Below, piece after piece: positions 23,993 through 36,028 of a stretch of 64,000 bases of DNA. The notes under the pieces were generated by a model. The model saw only the letters and a program-made list of their open reading frames with translations, made no database searches and was not told where the DNA came from. Position numbers and translations under genes: made by a program. Location: positions 15,314,001 through 15,378,000 of the forward strand of contig CM106585.1 of the NCBI GenBank assembly GCA_048013815.1, given 5' to 3'. The DNA comes from Setoptus koraiensis. Taxonomy: Eukaryota > Animalia > Arthropoda. Positions within the stretch are counted from its first letter, which is position 1, and every line of letters begins with the position of its first letter.

Positions 23993-26900
23993 ACAGCAAC
24001 TTTGTCTTGGGCAATGCCCAAGTGGCCAAAATATACCCCATTGTCTATTGCTCGGATGGATTCTGTGAGCTCACTGGCTACTCTAGGGCCCAGATTATGC
24101 AAAAGAGCTGCGCTTGCAACTTTTTGTATGGCCCCAGAACCGATCCAACGCACCAAAGTGAGATATGCAAGGCATTAGAAAGCAAGCAAGAATTGAAACT
24201 AGAGCTGATATTTTACAAGAGCACAGGTGAGTTTGAGCAGCTTGAAGACTGATCAGTGATCACTGATTAGTTGTCAGTAATTAGTGGTTCGCTAATTGCT
24301 ATCAGATTGCTGTCACCTGTCATAGCTAATAGTAACATGCAATCAATGTCGCGTCACGCAACAACAACACTTTAATTACAGGTACCCCTTTTTGGTGCCT
24401 TCTCGACATTGTTCCCATACAAAATGAAAAACATGAGGTGGTCCTCTATTTGGCCTCACACAAGGACATAACAAAACAAAAACTTCATGAGCAGCACCAA
24501 CACCAGTTGCAATTATTGCAACAACAGCAACAACAACAACAAACTAGTGATAATGTCCATGCCAACCAAGATCATCATGCAGCCAATGATGGTGGCCAGC
24601 AACAGCAACACCAATCATCCTCGAACAATAATCAAACGGATCACGATGGCGCTCACAACGACCCCATAGACAACCGAACTAATCTAGACAGTGCCTTAAT
24701 GAGCTACCATGAATTTCAATTAGGAGGCCCAGATGGTATGGGTGGCGACGATGAGTTTAATGCCTGTGATTATGAGGATGGCGACGATAGTGACGATCAT
24801 GATAAACACACTGCCAATAATTATAGTAGACGCAGAAGTCGCGCTGTACTATACCAGTTGTCCGGTCATTATGGATACAGGCGCAGTGTGAACATGAAGT
24901 CCAAGCTAAAGCTAAATAATGTATGTATCTGATTATTCTGGGCCCCCATTCAACCCAACAAGTAACGTCTATTGAATATTGTTGAACCATACTTTACTAT
25001 TGAATTGCTTCAATCCAAATGCGATAAGTTACCCGATAAGCTCATTAAGCGAGCCACTTTGAGAAGTGCCATCGAGCTGTTCTAGTCATGACTGGATTCG
25101 TAAATAGAAGACATGCAGTTAACGTTTATGCATTCAGAGCTGTTTGATCAAGCGCTTTGCCATCGGCCCACTAATCCAGAAAGAACGCGATGCCTCCAGC
25201 TGTAATAACGAAACTGGCAATGGCGAAATATTATCTGAGTACGAAATATAGCTGCCGGCTTAGGTGCTACATAGTATCATCAACAAATCTCCGGCTACAT
25301 CAAACAAATCTCATAGATATTCTTACTAATTGAGGTATATAATAGAGCCGCGTTAAGCGGAAGAGTGCCGTGTTCAAGTACTATCGCTGTATCGCCAATG
25401 AAAGCCTCAGTCTGCATTTGAATATTGATCCAGTAGAATGGGCTATCTAGAGGGGGGCAATCAGGCCCGCTTATCGTCTCAGCCATATACACTGAGAAGA
25501 GGTACTGAACTTCCGCTCTCTGTTCATTTCTAGCTGCCAATCTGGTCGTGATGGTCGGTCAATGAAACTGAGCCAGATTGTCTGCCGGTGTGTGTGTGTA
25601 TTTTGGGCATAACTTGACCGCAAGCGGCAATATTGGGACTGTTCCTTGGGTCTGCCACGAGCTACTTGATGCAGGATACATTAACGAGATGGCTTGGCGG
25701 AGAGTAGCATTGTGTGCAGCAAACAAACAAACAAAATCAATATTTACACACGTTCATATCATCACCATTGATGTAGGTTTAGTTAACAATGAGTGAACGA
25801 GGTTGTGCCAACCGTGATGATTGTGATGACTCTCAGAGGTGACCTGGGTATATTTCTGTTGAAGCTCTAGCCTCTTATACAGTTACTGGGCAAAAGTTTG
25901 GCCTGAATTGTGGTTGTTTTGGAGCTAGATGCAATTCGGCAAAACTAATGTCAGTGTTACAAACACGCTGGGATGCCTAATGCGCTTAATGCGCCACTGA
26001 TGCCCGACAGATTAATCGAGCTCCGACGATTTGCGACACGTTACATGATCATTACAACTTATTACATTGTAAACTAGTCACTAACAAGTGTGGTATTCGA
26101 GTTCCTCATTTTTAGTCACCATGAGATCCGACTACCCTGTTTTTTTTTTGTCCATATGGTCAGTAACTCATGATAGAATGCAGTCATGCCCAGGGTCTCA
26201 AATTACTAGAAAAAATAGCTTTCCTGTATTGAGCTCTCTTTCTCTCCTTTATGTTGTTCGGACACCTCAGTATGATTGATGTGGTAATGGTGCCATTCAA
26301 ATCACGAAGCAATCGATAGCAATTTAAGCGCCTTTCGAGATAGACATCACTGACATAGTTACTGGTCGGGTGAATACAAGTTCCGTTCCATATCGAGTAT
26401 ATCATGATGTCTTTAGTATTGTCTGCTCTCAAACCAAACAACTATTCTATCGGTCTACAAACTACTCAAGCACTTACGGATGCCTGAATGTGTCAACTCA
26501 ATGTGCTTCCCATTTACAGTCGTTGTAGCCTATGTTTGACCGTCAAAATCTCATTAAGTAATCTCTATTCTTTTATCGTAAATCGCCCATTGAATTAAAC
26601 AGCAGCGTATGACAATACCAGAGTATAAGACCACAACAATAGAGAAACAAAGATTTATCTTGTCGCATTACGGAGTAGGAAAATCTTGTTGGGACTGGTT
26701 GATATTGATCGTCTCCTTCTATGTAGCTATAGTGGTTCCGTATAACGCCGCATTCAAAGATGCCTCCGAATCTCCAACAGGTGAATGCAAAACCGTTCCG
26801 GTCGATATTGGTGTGGAGGTGGTATTCATTATGGGTGAGTGCATCTCTTATATGAAATGTACTTCCTGAGCATCAAGGGTTTGTGTTTTTTAATATGTGA

Positions 26901-29900
26901 CCATCAACCAAATCTGTCTCTTTGTAGATATCATTTTCAACTTCAGAACCACATTCGTCAATAGGAAAGGAGAAGTGGTGGCCGATCCTACCGTGAGTAA
27001 CCGTTCCACCCTTTGAATCTATCAATATTTCAATGCAAATGATTCATTTCTTTCTACTAATATACAAACTATAACTTGTCATGACCAATCAATCAATGTT
27101 GTAAATAGACCATATTCCGACACTACCTCAGAGGATGGTTTGTTGTTGATCTTCTAGCTGCCTTGCCATTTGATGTTTTGTGCGCCTTAAACCTTTACAG
27201 TCGGGTAAGATTTGTGCAAGATTAAAACATTACATTAAAATTACATTAATGCCATTTCTCTATACTAAACTGTTTCCTATCAATTGACACACAATATTCT
27301 CATTTTAGGCTCGCCTAGACTTGAATTTGCTCAAACTTATTAGACTATTGCGCCTTGCAAGATTGTTACAAAAGATGGACAGATATTTTCAGTATAGTTA
27401 TATAATTTTGACATTGCTGATGCTTTTATTTTCTCTGCTGGCTCACTGGTTCGCTTGCATATGGTATGTGATAGCAAGAAATGAGATTGATACCAATGGT
27501 CCAAATTTCCACGTCGGTAAGCGAATAACAATCATCACAAATTTTTTCACACACGAGTGCTGCTGTCGACTAATTTCTGATGAAATAATTGCTGGAATGT
27601 ACTTTATCACATTATAGGATGGATACATCAGTTGTCTGACAGATTAGGGTTAGTAGATTAGGGTACAGAGAGCACTTGTTGCTATTTCGAGTTTAATCAC
27701 CTTGTTTGTACACTTGTCAAAGCTATGTTCTAACTGTTGTCTCGACGCTTTGCTGCTCTCCAACTAACCAATGTAGATACAATGTTGTAAATTCGTCCGA
27801 TACAGCCTCAGTATCGTATGTGACCGCTCTATATTTCACAACCAGCAGTCTGACGAGTGTCGGCTTCGGAAATGTCTCAGGTGAGTAGAGAATTAAAAAT
27901 GTGCATGTTATCTAGAAACTGTGTATTAGTCGAGTAAAATGTCGAATAGTTGATACCCCACGTAACGCATTCTGAATGATATCAATTATTATACTTATCG
28001 CTAAATCAAACGATAGCCAACACAAACAAAGAGAAGATATTTTCAATTGTGATAATGCTCATAGGGGCCCTCATGCACGCCGTCATTTTCGGAAACGTCA
28101 CAGCCTTGATAAGGGTAAGTCTTTCGATGCTCCTCTGGATTGTTTTCTATAATAATAATCGCAACAGCTCGTTTGTGGCCATTCCGCCATGGAATGCGCT
28201 AGGGTCAATCTATAAACGATATCCGTCAATTCTCCAGGTTTCAGAACCTCAGAAATTCCAAAAATTTCCAAATCTCCAAATCTCCAAATTTCCAAATCTC
28301 CAAATTTCCAAATCTCCAAATTTCCAAATCTCCAAATTTCCAAATCTCCAAATCTCCAAATTTCCAAAATAATTCCAAATTAATTCCAAAATAAATTAAT
28401 TGCACCCATTTATGCAGGTTATGTACGCCAGACGATCACATTACCAAACGAGGCTGAGAGAGTTGAAGGACTTTTTTCGGTTGCATCAACTGCCCAAAGA
28501 GTAAGTGATGGCGACGAGTTGTGCGCACGACGCTACTCTGCTCCCCCCGTTGCGGGCACAGTTTTGCGCCACGAACTGGGGGCAGGGGCTGTAAATATGG
28601 GATAGCGCGTGACACAATTCAAGTTACACTTGAAACACAAACAAAAACAAAAAGTTCTCTCTTGAGGAACCATGCGTTACCAAAGCGCACGCTGAACGCA
28701 CTTCAAATGGCCGCCGTTGGCGCCAAAAAATAAAAACATTGCAACCTGTGATAGAGGGGATAATTAACCTGGCGAATCGTTTATCTTGTTCTTAAATTGT
28801 ACAAAACCAAATACCTCAAACAGGCTCAGGCAACGGATGACGGACTATTTCCAGACAACCTGGTCGCTCAACCACGGAATTGATTCTCATGAGGTGAGCA
28901 TTCTTCTGTCCTATTTCAATGTGCACCCACCATGTAATAGCCACTAATCCAGCTCATCAAGTCATACCGCAAGGCTGCAAAAATAAACGCTCAATTGGGC
29001 CACCATTTGTGGGTCACAAGGAGCGAATCACGTGATCGCAAGCTCTCCGCCATATTGACACTGCCATAACTTGTGCGCTCAATCCGGTTCCAATTGCGTT
29101 CCTGTCCGCGCTGACTTGGCCCAAATAGACGAAACGTGATAACCATTCATTTTACACAACAACTAAAAACTTCCCCCTAGAGAGAGAGACAATCAACAAC
29201 ATTCCGTAAACAACCTTATAAAGCACCCGAGAATGCACCTGAGGCCAAAACCATAGAATTATTAATGATATGACATGAACATACAACTCATGTTCGCGCA
29301 TAGACAGCGCGCCCCCATTGCGTTGGTGCTCATTATAAGTGCCGCTTGGGTACCACCGAAATTCTTACTCTGTTACTAAAACTCTCAGAAGGAACGCATG
29401 TCAGACCAGACCTCAACTGGTTCACCAGGAAATAGCAAAATCTCCTTGGCGCTCTAATTGTTGAGTTGGTCTGTCTAATCAGAACGTGATAGGATATATA
29501 GCCTCATATGATTTTAGTTTTTACAAGAGTGCTTGAATGTTTGCTAAAACACGAGCGCGAAAAATCACGTAGCAGCACGTCAGCTCAACTATTTTCACTA
29601 TCTAACAGTTATGTGGCGGTATAATTGAGCGTCCTATAACAGTTGTGTTTTGATAATCTCATCCTATATGAAACAATCTACTTTGACTTGTCCCAGACAT
29701 AACAAAAGCACAATATTCCTCTCATTTTATTCCCCATTTCACAAACACACAGATACTGAGGGAATTCCCCGAGGAACTAAGAGGTGACGTCTCATTGCAT
29801 CTACATCGCGAAGTGTTGTCGTTACCCATTTTTGAAACAGCTCCCCAAGGTTTCCTGAAGAGTCTAGCTCGTCATATTGAGAGCAAGTTTTGTTGCCCGA

Positions 29901-32900
29901 CGTGAGTATTCAATGAAATTACATGACAACTGCTCCAGGTAACCAGGAAGCCCTTTTAAGTTGTTGTTTAGTGTGCTACCAGTGTGATTGTTTGATGTGA
30001 TTGATTGCAGACAATGCCACCGAGGTGTACTTGTAATATGAAATTATTTATGGGGCGTGAGTAAGGAAAAGAATATTCGCTGACAGTTTATCTCTATTTG
30101 TTCATTCTAACAGGGAATACCTGATACACAAGGGTGACGCATTAGGTTGCTTATATCTTGTTTGCAATGGATCAATGGAGGTACTCCAGGACAATATGGT
30201 TGTAGCCATTTTGGGCAAAGGGGACCTCGTAGGTTATGATGTGAATTCTATCACCACGCCTGAGCATACCCAATATGGAATAAGTCAGACCATAGGCCAG
30301 AGCTTACATAGTGTAGTCAAATCAAGTAGTGATCTAAAGGCGCTTACATATTGTGATCTAAAGTGTATACATATAGCGGGTTTACTCGACGTGCTTAAAT
30401 TATATCCAGAATTTTCTGATACTTTCCATAGTGAGATTATACATGATTTAACATTTAACTTACGTGAGGGCTATGACGGCGAGGACACTGATGATGAGGG
30501 GCCCATGGGTCATATGGCTGTAGCAAATCAAAATGCAGCCTTGTATGGTCACGATGACGATGATGATGATGATGATGACGATGATGACGACGACGACGAT
30601 GACGATGACAATTATCCAGGCAACGCCGGTGTGACTAACAATAAAGATCCAATTATGTCCGATTCAGATGATGATGCGGACGAAGAGGCCGAGAAAAAGA
30701 AATATGACAAGAATCGTATGGGGCATAAAAAGAGAATGGACGACGACGATGATAACGAGCATGAAGACGAAGACGGCAGTCAAGACGATCGACCTGGACC
30801 GGGTGCCGGACCGTCCTTGCACAAACCAAACGACGCAGACTTGTCAGGGGGCGAAGATAATGCCGATGATGGTGATCATCATCACAAGAGTAATAAAGGA
30901 AGTAATAATCTGAACGGGCCTCATCGAAGACGAACACAAGATGACACGCGCAGATCGCACGGCGAAGATGATTACGACGAAGATGATAGAAACAATGATA
31001 TGAACGAAGATAATAACGACTGCGAGGATCAGCAAGCCGCAAGTGGCAAAAATGTGTCAAGAGCTAAAACAAGATTGACAGAAGCGCCTAAAAGGCTTGA
31101 TAGGAAAAATTCGAGCCATCATAGCATGAAACCCATGAATCAGGCTGGTACGAATTGTGAATCATTGAGTGACGGAGATACCAGTGATGCAAATCTCATA
31201 GATCTCAAAGATGATACAGGGGGAAGTTTGGGCTCCGCAAATAACATAACCAGCGAATATCTCAATAATACAAATCGCTTGCGGGCCTTAGCTCGACACA
31301 GGGAGAACTCTCAGTTGGCCGATCAATCGATGAAACGTTTAAGAGACAGAATTATTGGCACTGGCTCCATCGAGGATATTAAAAGTTTGCGCAGTGATAA
31401 TAGCGAAATGAATCTGAATAGCTGTTCGGATCTTGTTGGGCGCACCTCGATGCAATCCGTGAAGCCAATCAACAGTAACGTTGGCTCGTTGCAACGAAGG
31501 GCTTTGCATCGGGCCACCACTGGCATATCGACGACAAATGGCAGGAGCAGAGCTCTGCCGGCTGGTCCATTATCGTTCGATTTAAGCAAAAATACAACAG
31601 CTCTGGTGAATCGAAGGCGACGCTCGGCTGGTTCAATAATGCACACTTTGGTGCCATCGGGTGTCGATAGTGGCATTCATTTCAAGGGACGATCGCTGAT
31701 GCACATCAGCGAAAACAGCGCAAGCCAGTTAAACTTAAATAATAAATCAACTTACATGGGCGCCATGACAACAGCTAATCGGTTACGAATTGGCAAAGCG
31801 ACCCTGTCCGATTCTAGACCCATCATTGGTAATGCCGGACACACAATGGGTCAGCATTCCATCATTAGCCAGCAGAGATCCATGTCAAACCAGCCGAGAG
31901 GTATATCGCAAACTAGTTCAAATTCCTCTGCACCCGGCACGCCCAACATCAATCACATTTCAGACGGGGCTACCGGAACCACCAGGCATCACAGGCAAGT
32001 ATTTGCTCATGCACCCATAGTGGGGCCCGTCTCTAAAAGTGCCCGGATTAACTCACATGCAAACTATAATCAGCAGCAGCGAGAGCAAGAATTAGACATG
32101 ATGCAAGCGCCAAATCTAAAACGATTAGATAGACGAATAACTTTTATAGATGAGAATGTATCCTCGATGAAGCAGCAATTCGATCAAATGAGCACAATGC
32201 TCTATCAACTTATAGATAAACTGCAACCAACGGGGGCGCCTCTAATTAGTTCGTTCAATCAAAAAGCTACGTTCATCAATAGGCAGCATCATCCGAAACA
32301 CCAGCACAAGTTCTTGGACCAATCAGACGAGGCCCTGCCAACCAAAAAGGGAAGCTGCGGCATAAAAAGTGGCAGTCTAGATGCTAACGATAAGAGTATC
32401 AATAGATCCAGCAGCCAGAGCATTCAATCGATACCGACATCGCTGACGACGCCAAACCGAACAGCCAGTGGCGGCTTAAGTAACAGGCAATTCGTACTGG
32501 TGCGCTCCAAATCGTCATCTGGGCCCCTAGATAAAGCGTCAACAATAGGCCAGGCTCTATCGCGTGGGGCTGGCCAAGGTTTGGCACAAAATGAGCAAAC
32601 GCATTCAAATGATGCCACAAACGAGTGTGGTGAGCCTCGCAAAAGTAGCACAACCTGCACCAGACAATCGGAACAACAGCAGCAGCAGCAAGACTCTGGC
32701 CAGCAGAAACACCAATCAAGCAATCGATCACCGTTGGATCTGGATCGCCAACAATTGAAGCAGCACATGCAGCAGCAACAACAACAGCAGCAGCAGCAGC
32801 ATGTATATAAGCAATCACAACTGTCAGGTTTGAGACAGTTTTTGTCTCAGCAGTCGCCCACACAATTAATGGAAGCCCCACATCCAGCCGCTAGATACGT

Positions 32901-34281
32901 GACCGGGCCTCCTGTATCATCATTTAGCGTCGGCGACACGGGCACGGGGCGCTGCATGAAAAACTTGGAACCTATAGACGCCAGAACAGTACCTAAGCGC
33001 GCAATGAGATCAAAGAATCTCTGGCTGAGCCACAAAGGTTCAACTACGTTCGACGAAAGTTTCATTCGTCATGAGTTCGATGCTTCCACAATCAATTCTG
33101 CGGACAATAGCGGCGCTGGCCTGAGTTACCGGATTGCTGATGTCAACGAAACAACTGCACTGTCTTCCTTAGACACTGGTCACCAACTGCGTGGTAGTAA
33201 TATAAATAGTTGTCATCATGTTGGCGCACTAAATGCACCACCGCCGCCGCCGCCGCCGCCCAATCTACCTCCAGTGTCTGATCTAGCAACCGGACGAGCA
33301 AGTTCCAGTGGCCTAGTGGGTGCAGTACCAATAAGTGGCTGCGCCATCAGCGCCATCAGCGCCATCAATAACCAGAGGCCAGATTCGCAGTGTTCGTCGC
33401 CGCCAAACAATTCGGAATCGCATTCTCTTGCCTCGTGTGCAACGCTAACATCAGATGATAGCGGACTAGCTACGACAGGAAGCAATAGTCGAACGAGCTC
33501 TGGTGCAAACTCAAATCTATTGTCTGTGCTGAACAACAAAAGCTCCTGCTCTAGCAGAGATATATCTCCCATAGATCCTGGACGTAATACATTCCGATTG
33601 AATTCTCAGACAATCAACACTACGTTGCAGAACAGTATTTCCACACACCAGCAAATCAGACAACAACAACAACAACTACCCATCCAGCATCAGCAGCCTA
33701 GCAGCGCCGGCGTTAGTTCGTCTACAAACAACAACACCCAAACTCAAAAAGACATAATTGTCAGTTTGACCGGCACCAATCAGCATTCACAATTTGTATC
33801 TGTTGGAACGCCACCAACTAATAAGTTTACCCCTACCAAAGGTGATGTGTCTGGCTTGAATAGTGGCAATGCCGGCCAGACATCGACCAGTTTCAGAGCT
33901 GGCGAACTGCCGTCGGCGCGCCCCACAACTCTTATTAGATCTATTGACGCAGATGGTACCAATAACAGGCAGAGTTGGCAGACGACGGCCACGGGGTCCT
34001 CAGTTGTGATACTAACTAATAATCCATTGGATTTCGCTATTGATATCGATGACATTCCACGCCAGAACAAGAACTCCAGTGGCACAATACATGCGTGTGT
34101 GAGCAATCAAAGTACAGACGAAATGAATAATAACAATTCAACAATTGCGTCCACCGCTATGACAGTTACTCCGGCAACCGGAAACCAGCAACTACAACAA
34201 TCTAATAGTAATTCTAGTTCCACTTCACCGGCCTCCTCCAGCACCTCTAGTGTGTCTGTCAAAAAGATGTTTACCTCATGA
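23993..34281 (+). CDS. Elk: Eag-like (ELK/KCNH8, Kv12-type) voltage-gated potassium channel, 5'-partial, at least 2024 aa
   Basis: Hand-spliced GT-AG exons with consistent phases: 23993-24226, 24382-24920, 26603(or 26606)-26834, 26928-26992, 27109-27204, 27309-27516, 27618-27648, 27777-27880, 28017-28114, 28418-28500, 28824-28893, 29753-29901, 30114-34281 (total 6077 nt = 2 + 2025 codons). Motifs: [27 protein letters not shown]; [22 protein letters not shown]; Elk-type [15 protein letters not shown]; S4 [16 protein letters not shown]; filter SVGFGNVS; S6 [14 protein letters not shown]; C-linker [14 protein letters not shown]; [27 protein letters not shown]. Confidence 0.95.
28253..28392. repeat. 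Intronic 8-bp minisatellite CCAAAT(C/T)T, ~13 units, decaying to AATTCCAAA
   Basis: Lies in the Elk intron 28115-28417. It explains the periodic ORFs 28049..28372 (+) and 28098..28367 (-). Confidence 0.92.
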
Positions 34282-34439
34282 TATGATTCACCACCACTCA
34301 ATTATAGTCAATCAATCAAGCCAGCAAACATTAATCAAATAACTGTATATATCAAGTGTCTTTCAAATAATTATGTCCGAGATCTGCTATACATTGTATA
34401 CACACAGTATGGTGATAGAAGAGCCAAAAATTGTTTGCA

Positions 34440-34445
34440 AATAAA
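34440..34445 (+). promoter_or_regulatory. Candidate polyadenylation signal for Elk (AATAAA)
   Basis: Canonical hexamer ~160 nt after the Elk stop. Actual use is untested. Confidence 0.45.
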
Positions 34446-35991
34446 TTAAACCGGTATCGCCGTACCGACTCAATACCTGATACCTGTTATGAAAGCCAAA
34501 CGACGAGAGTATATAGATAAATTGTTAGAGAAAATTTTTTAAGAACAAACGTGAGACGATATAACAAATTTTTTATTAAATATTTTTTATCTCTTAAATA
34601 AGTAATAGTCATCAATTTAATATTCTTAAGTATCAACATTCACACTTATACACCATTAGCATTTCATCAGAGTATGCATGCTTTGGTAAATGTAAGATTG
34701 ATATATTTAACAGATAAAGCACAAACACTTGTGGTAATCATCATATACTGTACACTGAACACACTATACTCTTTTTGATCTTTGTTCTTTCATTTAGAGT
34801 TGGAGTTGGATTTGGAGTTCAAGTTGGATTCTTTCTAATGAGATGTCCATATTGATGTTGCTGTCTTTGCTCCATTTCTTACACCGCTCTATTACTTCCG
34901 GTGTCGCACAACCATCTTGGTAGTAGTAGCTTTACTTTAATTGGAACCCAGCTTGGTCGCACGCTTCTGGTCAGTCGTTGTTTTGTAGCCCTTATATGTT
35001 GGTTGATTTATCTCAAACTGACCCTTAGGTAGTTGATAGAGAGATAATCATTGTGGTGACATCGCAAGTCTTCTGGTTCTTCTGGGGTCCATTTTTATGG
35101 AAGAGCATGTATATTTTTGTGAGTGCTTGTGTGGGGCGCTCCATTGTTTCGAACTATCGAAGAAAGATGGTCATCTCTTTATCACATTTAGTTACTCTAT
35201 CACAAATAATTGATTGTTCGCTATAATAATTCAAACAAGTAACACAACACACAAAATATTCATCAGGCATACAAGCATTCTCTGCAGGCGTCTCGCTCTC
35301 TTTAGGAACTATCCAGGTACTACTATCAATGGTATAAAGAACACACGCGAAATGTGTGACACTTTTAAGTTGGTTAGACTCAATCGAAAGTAAAATCAGC
35401 TTCTCCCGTTGTGTCTGCACAGGAAGTTGTGAAGATCCGACCCATACTGTGCCTATTTGATCTATCTGGTGCTTATCTGCTCAAGCTACGATATCCATCG
35501 TGACTATGAGATATGAGAACCGATTATTGTTGTGCTAGACACGGTGTTCTAAATGTTGCTGTTGTTGTGATGTAACTTTGGCAGCCAAATTAACTGTACA
35601 CAAATAAGGAGCTCAAATAATAATAGATGAGTGAGTGATAATAACCACACCGTAAAATAGTACACTGTTGATATCAATGATTATAATAATTTTGTCTTGA
35701 ATTTCACCAGTATTAGAAAGTTTTCAAAAGTTGTCTCAATTAATAATAACAATAATCCATTTATTTCCGGGGCTTCTGTATTTCAAAATAGCTTGCTGTT
35801 ATGCAGTTGTGTGTGTGAGTGTCTCAATAAATGGTTGATTTAAGAATTCATTATTATTGTATCTCTCTCTGTCTGTCTGTCTAAATATTGGATATATATT
35901 TTATGAAGTTAATAGTCATTCTTTTGTTGTTGCAATATCAATCATCTATAGTGTGTGTCTGTATAAATTTGTGTGTGATTTATGATTAAAA

Positions 35992-36028
<37 letters not shown>

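Noticed and set aside
30653-34301. Antisense and alternative-frame ORFs inside the Elk terminal exon (similarly inside Synj and ftz-f1)
   Set aside because: Shadow ORFs of well-supported coding sequence.
35154-35420. Minus-strand 88-aa Cys-containing ORF
   Set aside because: GTG start, no signal peptide, no recognisable family and no consistent neighbouring exons; it may lie in 3' UTR or intergenic DNA.
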